The notes beneath the pieces were generated by a model. The model did no database searches, was not told the DNA's origin, and saw only the letters and a list, made by a program, of their open reading frames with translations. The translations under genes and the position numbers were made by a program. Positions 28,150 through 38,000 of a stretch of 64,000 nt of DNA are shown piece after piece. The stretch is from a virus, in IMG/VR virus record IMGVR_UViG_3300009506_000005, positions 49,770 through 113,769 of that record; one strand, 5' to 3'. Every line of letters starts with the position of its first letter. Within the stretch, counting starts at the first letter, position 1.

Positions 28150-28602
28150 TCAGAGCGGCCTGACGACCGCCTTGTTCAAGATGAGAACGCACTCCACGTC
28201 CCAGCCATACATGCTGGGATTCGTCAGCCGTGTGCGCCACTGTCCGGCCTCCGTGAGGTAGATGACGTCCAGCTGCTTGGCCATCGCCTCGAAGTCCATG
28301 ACAGTGAGGTGCCGGAACGATCCACTGCGCCCGTAGGCACGGATGAGCGCCCGGAGATCGCACATGCCGTCCACGGTGAAGATCCTGGCGAAGGGGCAGA
28401 GCGTGAACTCAAAGAAGACCGCGAGGTCATCGGTGTTGAAGCCTTCGTCCTCGCACCACTCTCTCCACGGATCTTTGCCCGGCCCCACTGGACACGCCCA
28501 GAGGCCACCCCTCGGCTTCACGAAGTCCGGGATGTTGGTGATCACCTCGAAGAGAGCTGGGTCAAAGCGCTCGTGGCCGTAGTGCCTGTAGACTGTCTCC
28601 AT
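28150..28602 (-). CDS. hypothetical phage protein (KPxGGLW motif)
   Basis: GAAAGGAGG SD; KPRGGLW..WREWC..YGWDVE. Confidence 0.65.
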   Translation of the reverse strand: METVYRHYGHERFDPALFEVITNIPDFVKPRGGLWACPVGPGKDPWREWCEDEGFNTDDLAVFFEFTLCPFARIFTVDGMCDLRALIRAYGRSGSFRHLTVMDFEAMAKQLDVIYLTEAGQWRTRLTNPSMYGWDVECVLILNKAVVRPL

Positions 28603-28632
28603 CGCTTGCCTCCTTTCAGCCTGTCGCAATCC

Positions 28633-28661
28633 AGTATGGTCGCGAAAGTGGCAATTGTCAA
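28633..28661 (-). promoter_or_regulatory. sigma70-like promoter
   Basis: TTGACA-N17-CATACT, same hexamers as 17209-17237. Confidence 0.7.
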
Positions 28662-28727
28662 ACTTGGCCGAGTGGAAAAAGCAAGAAAGTTCGAAACGAG
28701 CGGATCGTACAGTCGAGGAGCGCGGTG

Positions 28728-28755
28728 TTCACTTCTGGCCGAGCGTTGATATAAT
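28728..28755 (+). promoter_or_regulatory. extended -10 promoter upstream of terL
   Basis: TTCACT-N16-TATAAT with TG extension. Confidence 0.65.
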
Positions 28756-28810
28756 GGAAGCCACGATCGCCGGAAGACGTTGAACGCGGTGCGATCGGAT
28801 CGGTGTTTAG

Positions 28811-30256
28811 ATGGTTCTCGCCATAACGAAGAAAACGGAATCAGATCTCACCGACTGGCTTGCCACGGAGGCCGGGTTCCTCCAGGGGCTGTGCCGGTAT
28901 GACGAGGAGCCGATCAAGCTCGACGCCTACCAGGCGGCGTTCCTGTCCCAGGACAACAAGTACCGCTGTGTGGAGAAGGCCAGGCAGGTTGGATTCTCGT
29001 TTCTCTTCGCCCTGGAGGCCGTGGCCAGATGCCACCTGCGGCCAGCTCAGACCTCGGTCTTCGTGTCCTACAATCTGAGCGACTCCAAGGAGAAGATCGG
29101 GTACGCGCGCCAGCTCTACGAGGAGATGCCCGCCGCGTATCAGAAGAAGCTGATCGTTGACTCCAAGCTGGAGCTCGCCTTCGAGAGCAACGGCTCCAAG
29201 AAGGTGAGCAGGATCATCTCCAACCCCAGCCGCGCGCCCCGCGGGAAGAAAGGGGACATCTACCTGGACGAGCTCGCGCACTATGTGGACGACAGGAGCG
29301 TCTACAAGGGATCCACCGCGCTCATCCTCCGCTCCCGCGGCCAACTGTCCATCTGCTCCACGCCCCTCGGGCGCCGCGGGGTCTTCTGGGAGATCGCGCG
29401 CCAGGAGCTCAAGCCGTACCGAGCCTACAAGAGACAGCGCGTGCCGTGGTGGCTCTGCCGGTTCTTCTGCGTGGACGTGGAGAAGGCAGCCGTGGATGCG
29501 CCGCACATGCCAACGGAGGATCGCGTCAAGCGTTTCGGTTCGGAGGGCATCGTCGATCAGTTTGATTCCCTCCTCCTCGAAGACTTCCAGCAAGAGTTCG
29601 AGCACGAGTACATCGATGAGAGCTACTCGTTCTTCCCCTACGACCTGATCATGCCCTGCACGGACGACCCCAGGGAGGGCGAGCTGGGGGGCTTGGACTT
29701 CTGGCGTGACGTGACCGATGCCGGCAGGGTAAGAGGGCGCCTCATTGCGGGGTTCGATGTCGGGCGTCACCGGGACTTGTCCGAGCTCGCCATCTTCGAG
29801 GAGATAGGAGAGCACAAGTTCTGCCGCATGCTCCAGCGCTTCGATCGCGTGCCGTTCGCCGTCCAGGAGGAGGAGTGCCGGCGCGTTCTCAACACCCTAC
29901 CGATCGCGCGTTTCTGTATCGACTCCACCGGGATCGGGATGCACCTGGCAGAGAACCTCTCCGTGGACTTCCCGCAGATCCAAGAGGTCACGTTCAGCAA
30001 CGAGGTGAAGGAGACCCTCTGCAACGATTTCAAGATCCTGCTCCAGCAACGCAGGATGACGCTCCCGAGCGATCGCGAGCTCGTGGCGCAGATTCACTCC
30101 ATCAAGCGCCGTGTCACCTCCACGGGGAAGGCCAAGTTCGAATCGGAGTCCACAGGGAAGGGGCATGCCGATCGATTCTGGGCGTGTGCCCTCGCTGTGC
30201 AGAAGGAGCGTGTCCCCATAGGCAAGCCCAGCGTGGGCTTCCGGGTAGTTGGATGA
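28811..30256 (+). CDS. terL: terminase large subunit
   Basis: KARQVGFS Walker A, IYLDE Walker [17 protein letters not shown]. Confidence 0.95.
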   Translation: MVLAITKKTESDLTDWLATEAGFLQGLCRYDEEPIKLDAYQAAFLSQDNKYRCVEKARQVGFSFLFALEAVARCHLRPAQTSVFVSYNLSDSKEKIGYARQLYEEMPAAYQKKLIVDSKLELAFESNGSKKVSRIISNPSRAPRGKKGDIYLDELAHYVDDRSVYKGSTALILRSRGQLSICSTPLGRRGVFWEIARQELKPYRAYKRQRVPWWLCRFFCVDVEKAAVDAPHMPTEDRVKRFGSEGIVDQFDSLLLEDFQQEFEHEYIDESYSFFPYDLIMPCTDDPREGELGGLDFWRDVTDAGRVRGRLIAGFDVGRHRDLSELAIFEEIGEHKFCRMLQRFDRVPFAVQEEECRRVLNTLPIARFCIDSTGIGMHLAENLSVDFPQIQEVTFSNEVKETLCNDFKILLQQRRMTLPSDRELVAQIHSIKRRVTSTGKAKFESESTGKGHADRFWACALAVQKERVPIGKPSVGFRVVG

Positions 30257-30301
30257 GACGGCGGCACCCGTGATAGGATTGCCGAAACGAAAGGATCAGA
30301 G

Positions 30302-30598
30302 ATGAGACCTCAGCAAAAAGCACTTGATATCCCGGCCGCCATCGGCCAGGGGGCGCCCATCGATGTTTTCAACTTCCGGGATTCCTCGGTTCAGATCGGC
30401 GGCACGTTCGTGGCCACCATCCAGATCGAGGGGCGCCTGGACGATTCGATGCCGTGGAGCGCGATCGGTTCTCCCGTGACGGCTCCCGGGTTCGTGGACC
30501 TCCCCCACATCGTGAAGGACATCCGTGCGAATGTGACCGGATACACGTCCGGCACCCCCGAGGGCTTCTTCGCTGGGTTCAACGCGAGGACCGAGTAA
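30302..30598 (+). CDS. small beta-rich virion-associated protein
   Basis: between terL and portal; VQIGGTFVATIQIEG. Confidence 0.55.
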   Translation: MRPQQKALDIPAAIGQGAPIDVFNFRDSSVQIGGTFVATIQIEGRLDDSMPWSAIGSPVTAPGFVDLPHIVKDIRANVTGYTSGTPEGFFAGFNARTE

Positions 30599-32418
30599 TG
30601 AGCGATGCGCCTGACAGCGTGAAGCTCAAGGTCGTCGAGAGTGCTGCGGACGGCACGGAGAAGAACAGGGAGATCATCTTCAAGGTAGCTGGAGAGGGTG
30701 CCGGCCTGGAGAGCAACGCGGTGGTCTCCACTCAGGAGACGGAGAATGGGTTCCTCGCGCTCGGAGCAATCGACCCTCCATACCCGCCAGATTCTCTCTG
30801 CCGCATCTTCGAGCACTCAAATTCGCTGAGGCAGTGCGTGGACGCATACGTCACGAACATTGAGAGCTTTGGCTTCCGGCTCGATCCGTTGATCGACTTC
30901 GAGAGCAGTGAGGCCGATGAGCAGATCGCCGATGCGATCTGGTTGTCTCGCGGAGGTGGCAGCGATCGGCCGTCCGATCAGGAGGTTGCCGAGAAGAAGA
31001 AGGAGATGGTGGCCGAGGCCGTCATGGAGAAGGCCAGCCTTCTCCGCTTCTTCGGTCAGGTGGGACTCGACCTCAACCTCACGTCCCTGCGCAAGAGAAA
31101 GCGCGGAGACCAGGAGGTGCAGGGGAACGCGTACTGGGAGATCCTCAGGAGCAAGAGCGGGGAGCCGGCACGGTTCGTCCACGTTCCGGCGCAGACCGTC
31201 CGCTTGATGCCGCTCGATCCTCGCATAGTGACCGTCAGGGAGAAGGTGAGGTCCTCGGTCTTTGCCTACACGGAGAAGCCGGCGAGGAAGCGCTTCCGCA
31301 AGTACGTCCAGATGATCAACGGGATGCCCACCGTCTACTTCAAGCAGTTCGGCGATCCGCGCACCTACTCGAAGAAGACAGGGGATGAGATCAGAGATCC
31401 CGAGTCTCATCAATGGGACTCAGGAGATGGTCCGGCGACGGAGATCATCCACTTCGAGATCTACTCGCCGAGGAGCGCCTACGGCGTGCCGCGGTGGATC
31501 GGTGCTCTGCTTTCCGTCCTCGGTTCTCGCAGTGCCGAGGAGGTCAACTACTACTACTTCGAGAACAAGGCCGTTCCCCCTCTTGCCATCCTCGTGAGCG
31601 GGGGACGTCTGGCTGAGGAGGCGATCCCTCGTCTGGAAACGTTCATCAAGGAGAACCTCCAGGGCTCCACGAAATCATTCCACAAGATCATGATCCTGGA
31701 GGCTGAGGGGGAGAAGGGTGGCGGAACAGCCGGGAACGTGAAGATCGAGATCAAGCCCCTGACCGAGGCCATGATACAGGAGGAGCTGTTCTCGAAGTAC
31801 GATGAGCGGAACATCGACAAGGTGGGGGAGGCGTTCCGTCTTCCGCGCATTCTCCGCGGGCAGTCCAAGGACTTCAACCGCGCTACTAGCCTGAGCGCCT
31901 TGCGGTTCGGCGAGGAGCAGGTCTTCCAGCCGGAGCGTGACGAGTTCGATGCGTGGATCAACCGCGAGATCTTCCCCCTGCTCAACTCGCGCTACTGGAT
32001 TTTCCGGACGAACGCACCGCTCACCCGCGATCCAGAACGCATGACGGAAATGGTCGTGAAGCTCGTGGAGGTGGGTGTTCTGACTCCGAACGAGGGGCGC
32101 CTGCTCGCGGGAGACATCTTCAACAGGGACTTCCGGGAGATCCGCGAGGACTGGGGACGCCAGCCGTTGAAGATGACTCTTGCGGGGATCAAGGGAGGGA
32201 ACGGCCAGAAGGGTGCCGATGGCATGGCCCTCGACGTTGTTGGTGGAAACGATCTGGACAAGATGCGCGATGGAGATGGGCGGGAGACGGTCATGTTCAA
32301 GGTAGCGAATCTTCAGGCGCTCCGGGACCTCTGCGATCAGCGTCTATCGGACATCGACGATCATCTGCTTGCCCAGGATCTTGAGGCGTTCCCCGAGATG
32401 GACGAGCTGGAGGAGTAG
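30598..32418 (+). CDS. portal protein
   Basis: GNAYWEI, YGVPRW, YFEN.AVP, AFRLP..L, LTPNEGR. Confidence 0.92.
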   Translation: MSDAPDSVKLKVVESAADGTEKNREIIFKVAGEGAGLESNAVVSTQETENGFLALGAIDPPYPPDSLCRIFEHSNSLRQCVDAYVTNIESFGFRLDPLIDFESSEADEQIADAIWLSRGGGSDRPSDQEVAEKKKEMVAEAVMEKASLLRFFGQVGLDLNLTSLRKRKRGDQEVQGNAYWEILRSKSGEPARFVHVPAQTVRLMPLDPRIVTVREKVRSSVFAYTEKPARKRFRKYVQMINGMPTVYFKQFGDPRTYSKKTGDEIRDPESHQWDSGDGPATEIIHFEIYSPRSAYGVPRWIGALLSVLGSRSAEEVNYYYFENKAVPPLAILVSGGRLAEEAIPRLETFIKENLQGSTKSFHKIMILEAEGEKGGGTAGNVKIEIKPLTEAMIQEELFSKYDERNIDKVGEAFRLPRILRGQSKDFNRATSLSALRFGEEQVFQPERDEFDAWINREIFPLLNSRYWIFRTNAPLTRDPERMTEMVVKLVEVGVLTPNEGRLLAGDIFNRDFREIREDWGRQPLKMTLAGIKGGNGQKGADGMALDVVGGNDLDKMRDGDGRETVMFKVANLQALRDLCDQRLSDIDDHLLAQDLEAFPEMDELEE

Positions 32419-32427
32419 AGCACGCGG

Positions 32428-34527
32428 ATGTGCGGAAATTGCCACGCGGTCACGTCAGAGCCCGCAGAGGGGTTTGCTACACTCTGGCCACCGGCCTTTC
32501 TTGGGAACGATCAGGGTTCAGCCTTTAAGCTCGCCGGCATCTCCGGTGACACTCCGCGCGCTGCGAATGGATACGGATTGATCGGACCGAGCGGCGAGGC
32601 CATCCGCGTGAACGCCAGGACGATCGAGGAGGCCCGGGCCATCGCCTTCCTCGGAACAGCCGCTGGCCCGATCGACATCCTGGAGGCCGTGGCCATCGGC
32701 AAGGATGATCGGGTGGTGTTCCAGAAGCGCGAGCGCTTGCAGGTCGCCAAGGGCCGGGATGTCCACCGCGGAGTCATCGTGAGCTCGAACGGCTCGGTCA
32801 CGAAGGCCAAGCTCCCACGCAACCCGCGCAACCCTGAGAACTTCGACGAAGAGGTGGAGAAGCTCTCGAAGAAGACGAGCGCGATCGACAGGAAGTACCT
32901 GCTCCCGGCTGTGGCCTCCTATGTGGCGATGCTCAACCGGCAGAAGTGGGACGAGATGACGAAGGCGCAGATCAACAGCGCCTTCAAGAAAGCGGACGCA
33001 GTCTTCACCAAGAGCGTGGCAACGCAGGCGACGAAGGCCATGCCGCCGTGGGCCAAGGCAACCGGTGACAGCGGAGTTGTTGTGGGCAAGGGCGCCTTCT
33101 ACTCCGTGCACAAGGAGTATTTCGATCACATCTCGATTTCCTGGGACCAGCCGAACACTGTGGCCATCAAGCAGATAGGCGTGCAGGGCGGATGGTGGTA
33201 CAGGAACTCGGCTGGCGTCCGCTCCACGGCTCTCACAGCCGAGGCCCGCAAGATCGTCGAGCGCGGTATGCAGCAAGGGTTCGGCCGGGACCAGATCGCC
33301 AAGGACCTGCGCGCGCAGCTCGGCCGCAGCTGGAGGGCTGCGGGTTTCAACTACGCAAGGGTGAATGCGGCCGTGGCCCTGGGCCGTTCGCGTTCCTATT
33401 CAGAGCTAAAGAGTTACTTGAGCGCTGGCATCGAATGGCTTGAAATTAAAGCAGTTCAAGACGAGAGGACCACAGACATCTGCAAAGCTCTTGATGGGCA
33501 GGTTGTGAGCGCGTCGGCTGTGGACTCGGTGAATGAGGCTGCGGCGAATGTCAGGCGCCCAGAGGACATCAAGGTCGTCAATCCATTTCTGCGAGAGATG
33601 AGGAATCCACAGACTGGATTGAAGGAGATTCGGACGCGCACTGGCGTGAAGTTCGCAACGATCCTCTCTCCCGGAGCTGGGCTTCGCGACCAGAAGGGCG
33701 TCTACGCCTTCTCGAAGATGGGAACGCAGATGGCAGCGGAGGGCGTCGGAACTCCACCGTATCACGAATTATGTCGTTCGTGGACCGAACCAAGAGGGGA
33801 TATCTTCCAGGTTCCACGCGGGATGCAGCTCCGCTCGCCTCTCCAGCGCACCATTCCGCCGCCCAAGGTTCCGCGCGAGGTGAAGAGGCCGCACGAGCCG
33901 CTCAGGGTAGTGAAGAGCCCCACGCCGGGCAACCCCACGGTGATGGGCGTCCCGAGTGATCTGGACCGCCTGGACCCCACGGGACGCTTGCTGGAGATGG
34001 ATCCAGGGCGTCCCTTCGCCCTGCGCCCTGGGAAGCACGCCTCTTTCGCGACATTTCGCCCGAACGCAGCGGGCAATGCGTTCGTGACCGGATCACGCTG
34101 GCAGTCCCTCGAACTCGATCCGCGTCTCGCCCGCATGCCTCGATACGCTGATTGGGATCAGACGGACGCGCTCCGCAACTTCAAGGCCGATGCCAGAGAT
34201 CGCGTGGTCAACCTGTGGTCGAGGGCCATGAACCAGATTGAGGATGTGAAGGCGATCATCTTGTCGGAGTCCACGGGCGCTCGCCGGGTGAGCCGCGTGT
34301 GGCAGGTTTTCGATGCGCGGACGGGGAAGAAGACGTTCTACAGGTTCGATCAAGCGAAGCGCCCCACGCGCAAGTTCCTGATCGAGCTATCGAACGCGGA
34401 TGGCCAGAAGGCCGCGAAGCTGATACGCAAGCTCCAGGATACCGGATACATCACGAGAGCGTCGAATCCTGACAAGGTGTTTGGCAAGCTCGCGAAGGAA
34501 GTGGACGAGATAGGCAGGCCGCTCTAG
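32428..34527 (+). CDS. head morphogenesis protein (SPP1 gp7/MuF-like) with extensions
   Basis: AVQDERTTDIC..LDG ... PPYHELCRS; follows portal. Confidence 0.85.
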   Translation: MCGNCHAVTSEPAEGFATLWPPAFLGNDQGSAFKLAGISGDTPRAANGYGLIGPSGEAIRVNARTIEEARAIAFLGTAAGPIDILEAVAIGKDDRVVFQKRERLQVAKGRDVHRGVIVSSNGSVTKAKLPRNPRNPENFDEEVEKLSKKTSAIDRKYLLPAVASYVAMLNRQKWDEMTKAQINSAFKKADAVFTKSVATQATKAMPPWAKATGDSGVVVGKGAFYSVHKEYFDHISISWDQPNTVAIKQIGVQGGWWYRNSAGVRSTALTAEARKIVERGMQQGFGRDQIAKDLRAQLGRSWRAAGFNYARVNAAVALGRSRSYSELKSYLSAGIEWLEIKAVQDERTTDICKALDGQVVSASAVDSVNEAAANVRRPEDIKVVNPFLREMRNPQTGLKEIRTRTGVKFATILSPGAGLRDQKGVYAFSKMGTQMAAEGVGTPPYHELCRSWTEPRGDIFQVPRGMQLRSPLQRTIPPPKVPREVKRPHEPLRVVKSPTPGNPTVMGVPSDLDRLDPTGRLLEMDPGRPFALRPGKHASFATFRPNAAGNAFVTGSRWQSLELDPRLARMPRYADWDQTDALRNFKADARDRVVNLWSRAMNQIEDVKAIILSESTGARRVSRVWQVFDARTGKKTFYRFDQAKRPTRKFLIELSNADGQKAAKLIRKLQDTGYITRASNPDKVFGKLAKEVDEIGRPL

Positions 34528-34568
34528 TTGCGGCGAGAACAGGTCAAGAACCAACGGAGGTAAAGAAA

Positions 34569-35003
34569 ATGACCGAGGAAGAGAAGAAAGACGGGAAGGG
34601 GAAAGAGGGCGAGAAGGACGGGAAGGACGAGAAGAAGGGTGACGAGGAGAAGAAGCCCGAGGAGGGAAAAGGGGGCGAGGGTGCCGCTGGCGACAAGGGC
34701 GGTGATGACAAGGAGAAGGATGGGGACGACGCCAAGGGCAAGGATGGCGGCGGTGATGACAAGGGGGACAAGGGTGGCGACGATGGAGGCGAGAAGCCGG
34801 TCAAGGACAAGCCCGAGTCCGGCGGTGAGGGTGGCGGCGGTAGTGACAAGGAAGACGGGAAAGGCGGGGACAGCGGGGGTGACGAGAAGGACTCCGGTGG
34901 TGATGGAGACGGCGACAAGGACTTCGCGTGGCCCGCTGATATGAACGCCAAGGAAGAGGACGAGAAGGACAAGATCAGCTTCGGAGACGACCCCGTCTTC
35001 TAG
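34569..35003 (+). CDS. low-complexity G/D/K/E protein with scaffold-like C-terminal motif
   Basis: composition; WPADMN...ISFGD. Confidence 0.65.
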   Translation: MTEEEKKDGKGKEGEKDGKDEKKGDEEKKPEEGKGGEGAAGDKGGDDKEKDGDDAKGKDGGGDDKGDKGGDDGGEKPVKDKPESGGEGGGGSDKEDGKGGDSGGDEKDSGGDGDGDKDFAWPADMNAKEEDEKDKISFGDDPVF

Positions 35004-35012
35004 GAGGTCCCC

Positions 35013-38000
35013 GTGGGCAAGAGAGAAGGGAACTATCGAGCGCCGACCGGGAAGGTCTCGGGTGGCAGGAAGCCGGCGGCGAAGCGCGAGGACGTCGAGG
35101 CGACGATCGAGCTTGGCGAGGAGTCCGCTACCGCAGTGCTATCAGCGCGTTCGCTCGCGCAGAAGTTCGCCGAGGTGGCCGCTGGGTTCGATGACGATGT
35201 GATCGATCCACTTCGCGAGTGCGAGGTGGGAGAGAACGCGGTGGAGATCCTGGAGATCCTTCCGCTCGTCTCGAAGAATCTGGCAGCCGAGTTCTCACGC
35301 CTCCAGGATGAAGGTGGCGATGGGGAAGTCCCGCAGGTGGATACGGGCGATCCGCTGGAGATCGGCGCCGCCCTTCTCTCTTGCTCAGCGAACGTCAGGA
35401 AGTCCCTGGAGGACGCCCCGCGGGACATCGTAGAGGCCGTGGACCAGGGCATCGATTCCCTGCGGGCCTTTCTCTCGTTGCCGGATCAGCTCGATGGAGA
35501 GGACCATGCGGCTGAGTTCTTCACGAAGGCTGACCGCATTCCGAAGCCGTTCCGCTCGCCGGGTGGAAAGGCGCAGCTCGTCAACGTTCTTCTGTCCAGG
35601 GTTCCCGAGCACAAGGTCTACGTGGAGCCCTACGCTGGCTCGGCCACGCTGTTCTGGGCGAAGAAGAAGGTGGAGAAGGAGGTGCTTTCTGACCTGAACG
35701 AGGGCGTCGTGGGGCTGTTCAAGTTCTTGCAGGAGGCCGGAGAGGCGGACTTCGAGTGGATGCGGAAGCAGATCTGGGGCTACGACGCGGTCAACTTCAA
35801 TAAGCTCAAGGAGAAGGAGAGCGGCTCCGCACGCTACAAGGCATATCGCTTCAAGTACCTGAACCTCTACTCCATGCGCGGGCGTGGCGAGACCATCGAT
35901 GATTCCCCGCGCTCTCGCGGTCAGACGGGTGCCCTGTTCCTGCGGAACCTGGAGCGCTACAAGGAGCGCCTCGAAAACGTTCGTGTCATCCACGGTGACG
36001 CCCTGGAGGTGATGAAGAAGTACGATCGCTCTGGCGTCTTCATGTACATCGATCCTCCCTGGCGTCCAGAGCAGGGTTCTCCCGAGTGGAAGGCCTACGA
36101 CCACGAGGCGTTCGAGAAGGCGGTCAGTGGACTGAAAGCGAACGCCTTGGTCTCCTACCAGGGGAAGCTCGTACTGGGAGATGGATGGCGGAAGCACAAG
36201 CACACGAGCGTGCTGGGTGGCATCTCTAAGGAGACCACGCAATCCCTCTACTGGAACTACAACTTCCGTGGCGTTGAAGCCAAGCGCGAAGGGACGTCCG
36301 GATGCGAATTCTGCGATGCTCTCGCGGCCGAAGCCTTCGTCTGGGATGGCGGCATCATCAAGTCGTGTCACGAGCACGAGAGCCAGGCGCGCGAGCTGAT
36401 CGAGAACGTGAACAAGTCCGAGGTCCTGGCCGTCCGGGATTGCGAGCTACCCGAGCAGGAGGAGGTGGCGAAGCTCTCCATCGATGAGATGAACCCGCGC
36501 AGCCTGCGAGAGGTCAGCGACAGGGAGCTGCTATCCCTCAACCGGCGCCTGCATCAACTGTATGGCAAGAACTTCGAGGGCAACGACAAGATCACGTCTG
36601 GAGACCTGAACCGAGAGGATCTGGTCAACGCCTACATCTTCGTCTCGAACGAGATGAAGACGCGGGAGATGGAGCTGAACGATACTTCCTTGGCGATCGA
36701 GGCGCGGACGCTCGCCAAGGAAGAGGGGAAGAAGGAGCTTGCTCCGGTACTCCCGGGATCATCCGGCGCGCATCCGCTGATCAAGATCGAGGAGGTGCTC
36801 CCGCACTTCAAGTCCTTCAAGATCCGCATGCCGTTCCTTTGGCTCGTTGGCTCGCTTGCGAACATGGGCAAGACGGAGAACGACATCGACCTCCTCGTGA
36901 AGGGGCCCTGCTCCGAGGAGCTGCTCCAGGTGCTCAAGTTCCGTCTCGGGCGCATGTTGCCGCCGGAGCTGAGCAAGCGCCTGTCGGTGATGGAAGACGA
37001 GCTGGGTGGCCCGTTCACCTCGCATGTGGAGCTCGCCGACCTCGTGGTGGAGATGAGGCCGGCGTTTGCGGTCAAGGAGATGGCGCTCGCCAAGCAGGAC
37101 GACCCGCTCCTGGACTTGCCGAAGGAGGCCGGGAAGAAGAAGGCCGTCTTCCAGTACCACGCACGTGGGTCAAGCTTGCATCTGGATCTCAGGATGGAGC
37201 TCGCCGACTTCCTCGTGGGCTGGACCATGGCCAACCAGCGCTCTGGTAAGGTGCCAGTGATTGAGACGATGGACGAGTTGAAGAGGATCGGCTCCTCGTT
37301 CTCGCCGGACGGTGACCAGTACACGAAGCCCTTCCGCTCGCCAGCGAGACTGGCTGCGTTCCCGAAGAGCAGGCAGCCGGAAGTCTGGCTGGGGATATCA
37401 GCCAGGCGGTTCGAGCCCGGCGAGGTAGGCGCCTCGCGGAACGAGTACGGCGTGATCGTGGCCGTGGATCGGCCCTCTGTCGAGTACGGTACCCAATCAA
37501 GCCGCTTCCACGAATACTTCTTCACTGGGAAGGACGCCGCCGTGCAGGGCATTCTCGCCTTCCGCCAGCTCGTGGGGAGGGGAAAGGCCATCAAGCTGGA
37601 GGGCGAGGGGGGCGATCCATTCGAGGAGGGGCGCCGCACGCCGGCTGGCCGCACCTTCTGGACCTCGATGCTCACCTCCTCGGCGCTACCCTCCGTCCTC
37701 AAGCGGCGCGCAGTGCACGAGGGCCGAATGCCGCCCGATGGGAAGAGCGCGATCCCCATCTCGCTGGAGAGGGTCACGCCCAAGGAGTTCCGCTACTGGG
37801 AGGCCAAGGGTAAGGAGGCACGCGAGATCCGCGATGCGCTGGTCTCCTCCCGCTTCTTCACCGAGCAGAACGTAGGCATCGTGGACGGCGAGTTCCGGCG
37901 CCTCGTCCAGAAGACCTACCTCTACACCGGCGACGGCTCTGATTTCACGTTCAAGGCCGAGTCCGAGCCATTCGCCTTGTCTTGGCAGAGGTGGAAGGGT

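Noticed and set aside
34569-34920. Collagen-like repeat or DNA tandem repeat
   Set aside because: No strict Gly-X-Y period or exact repeat unit
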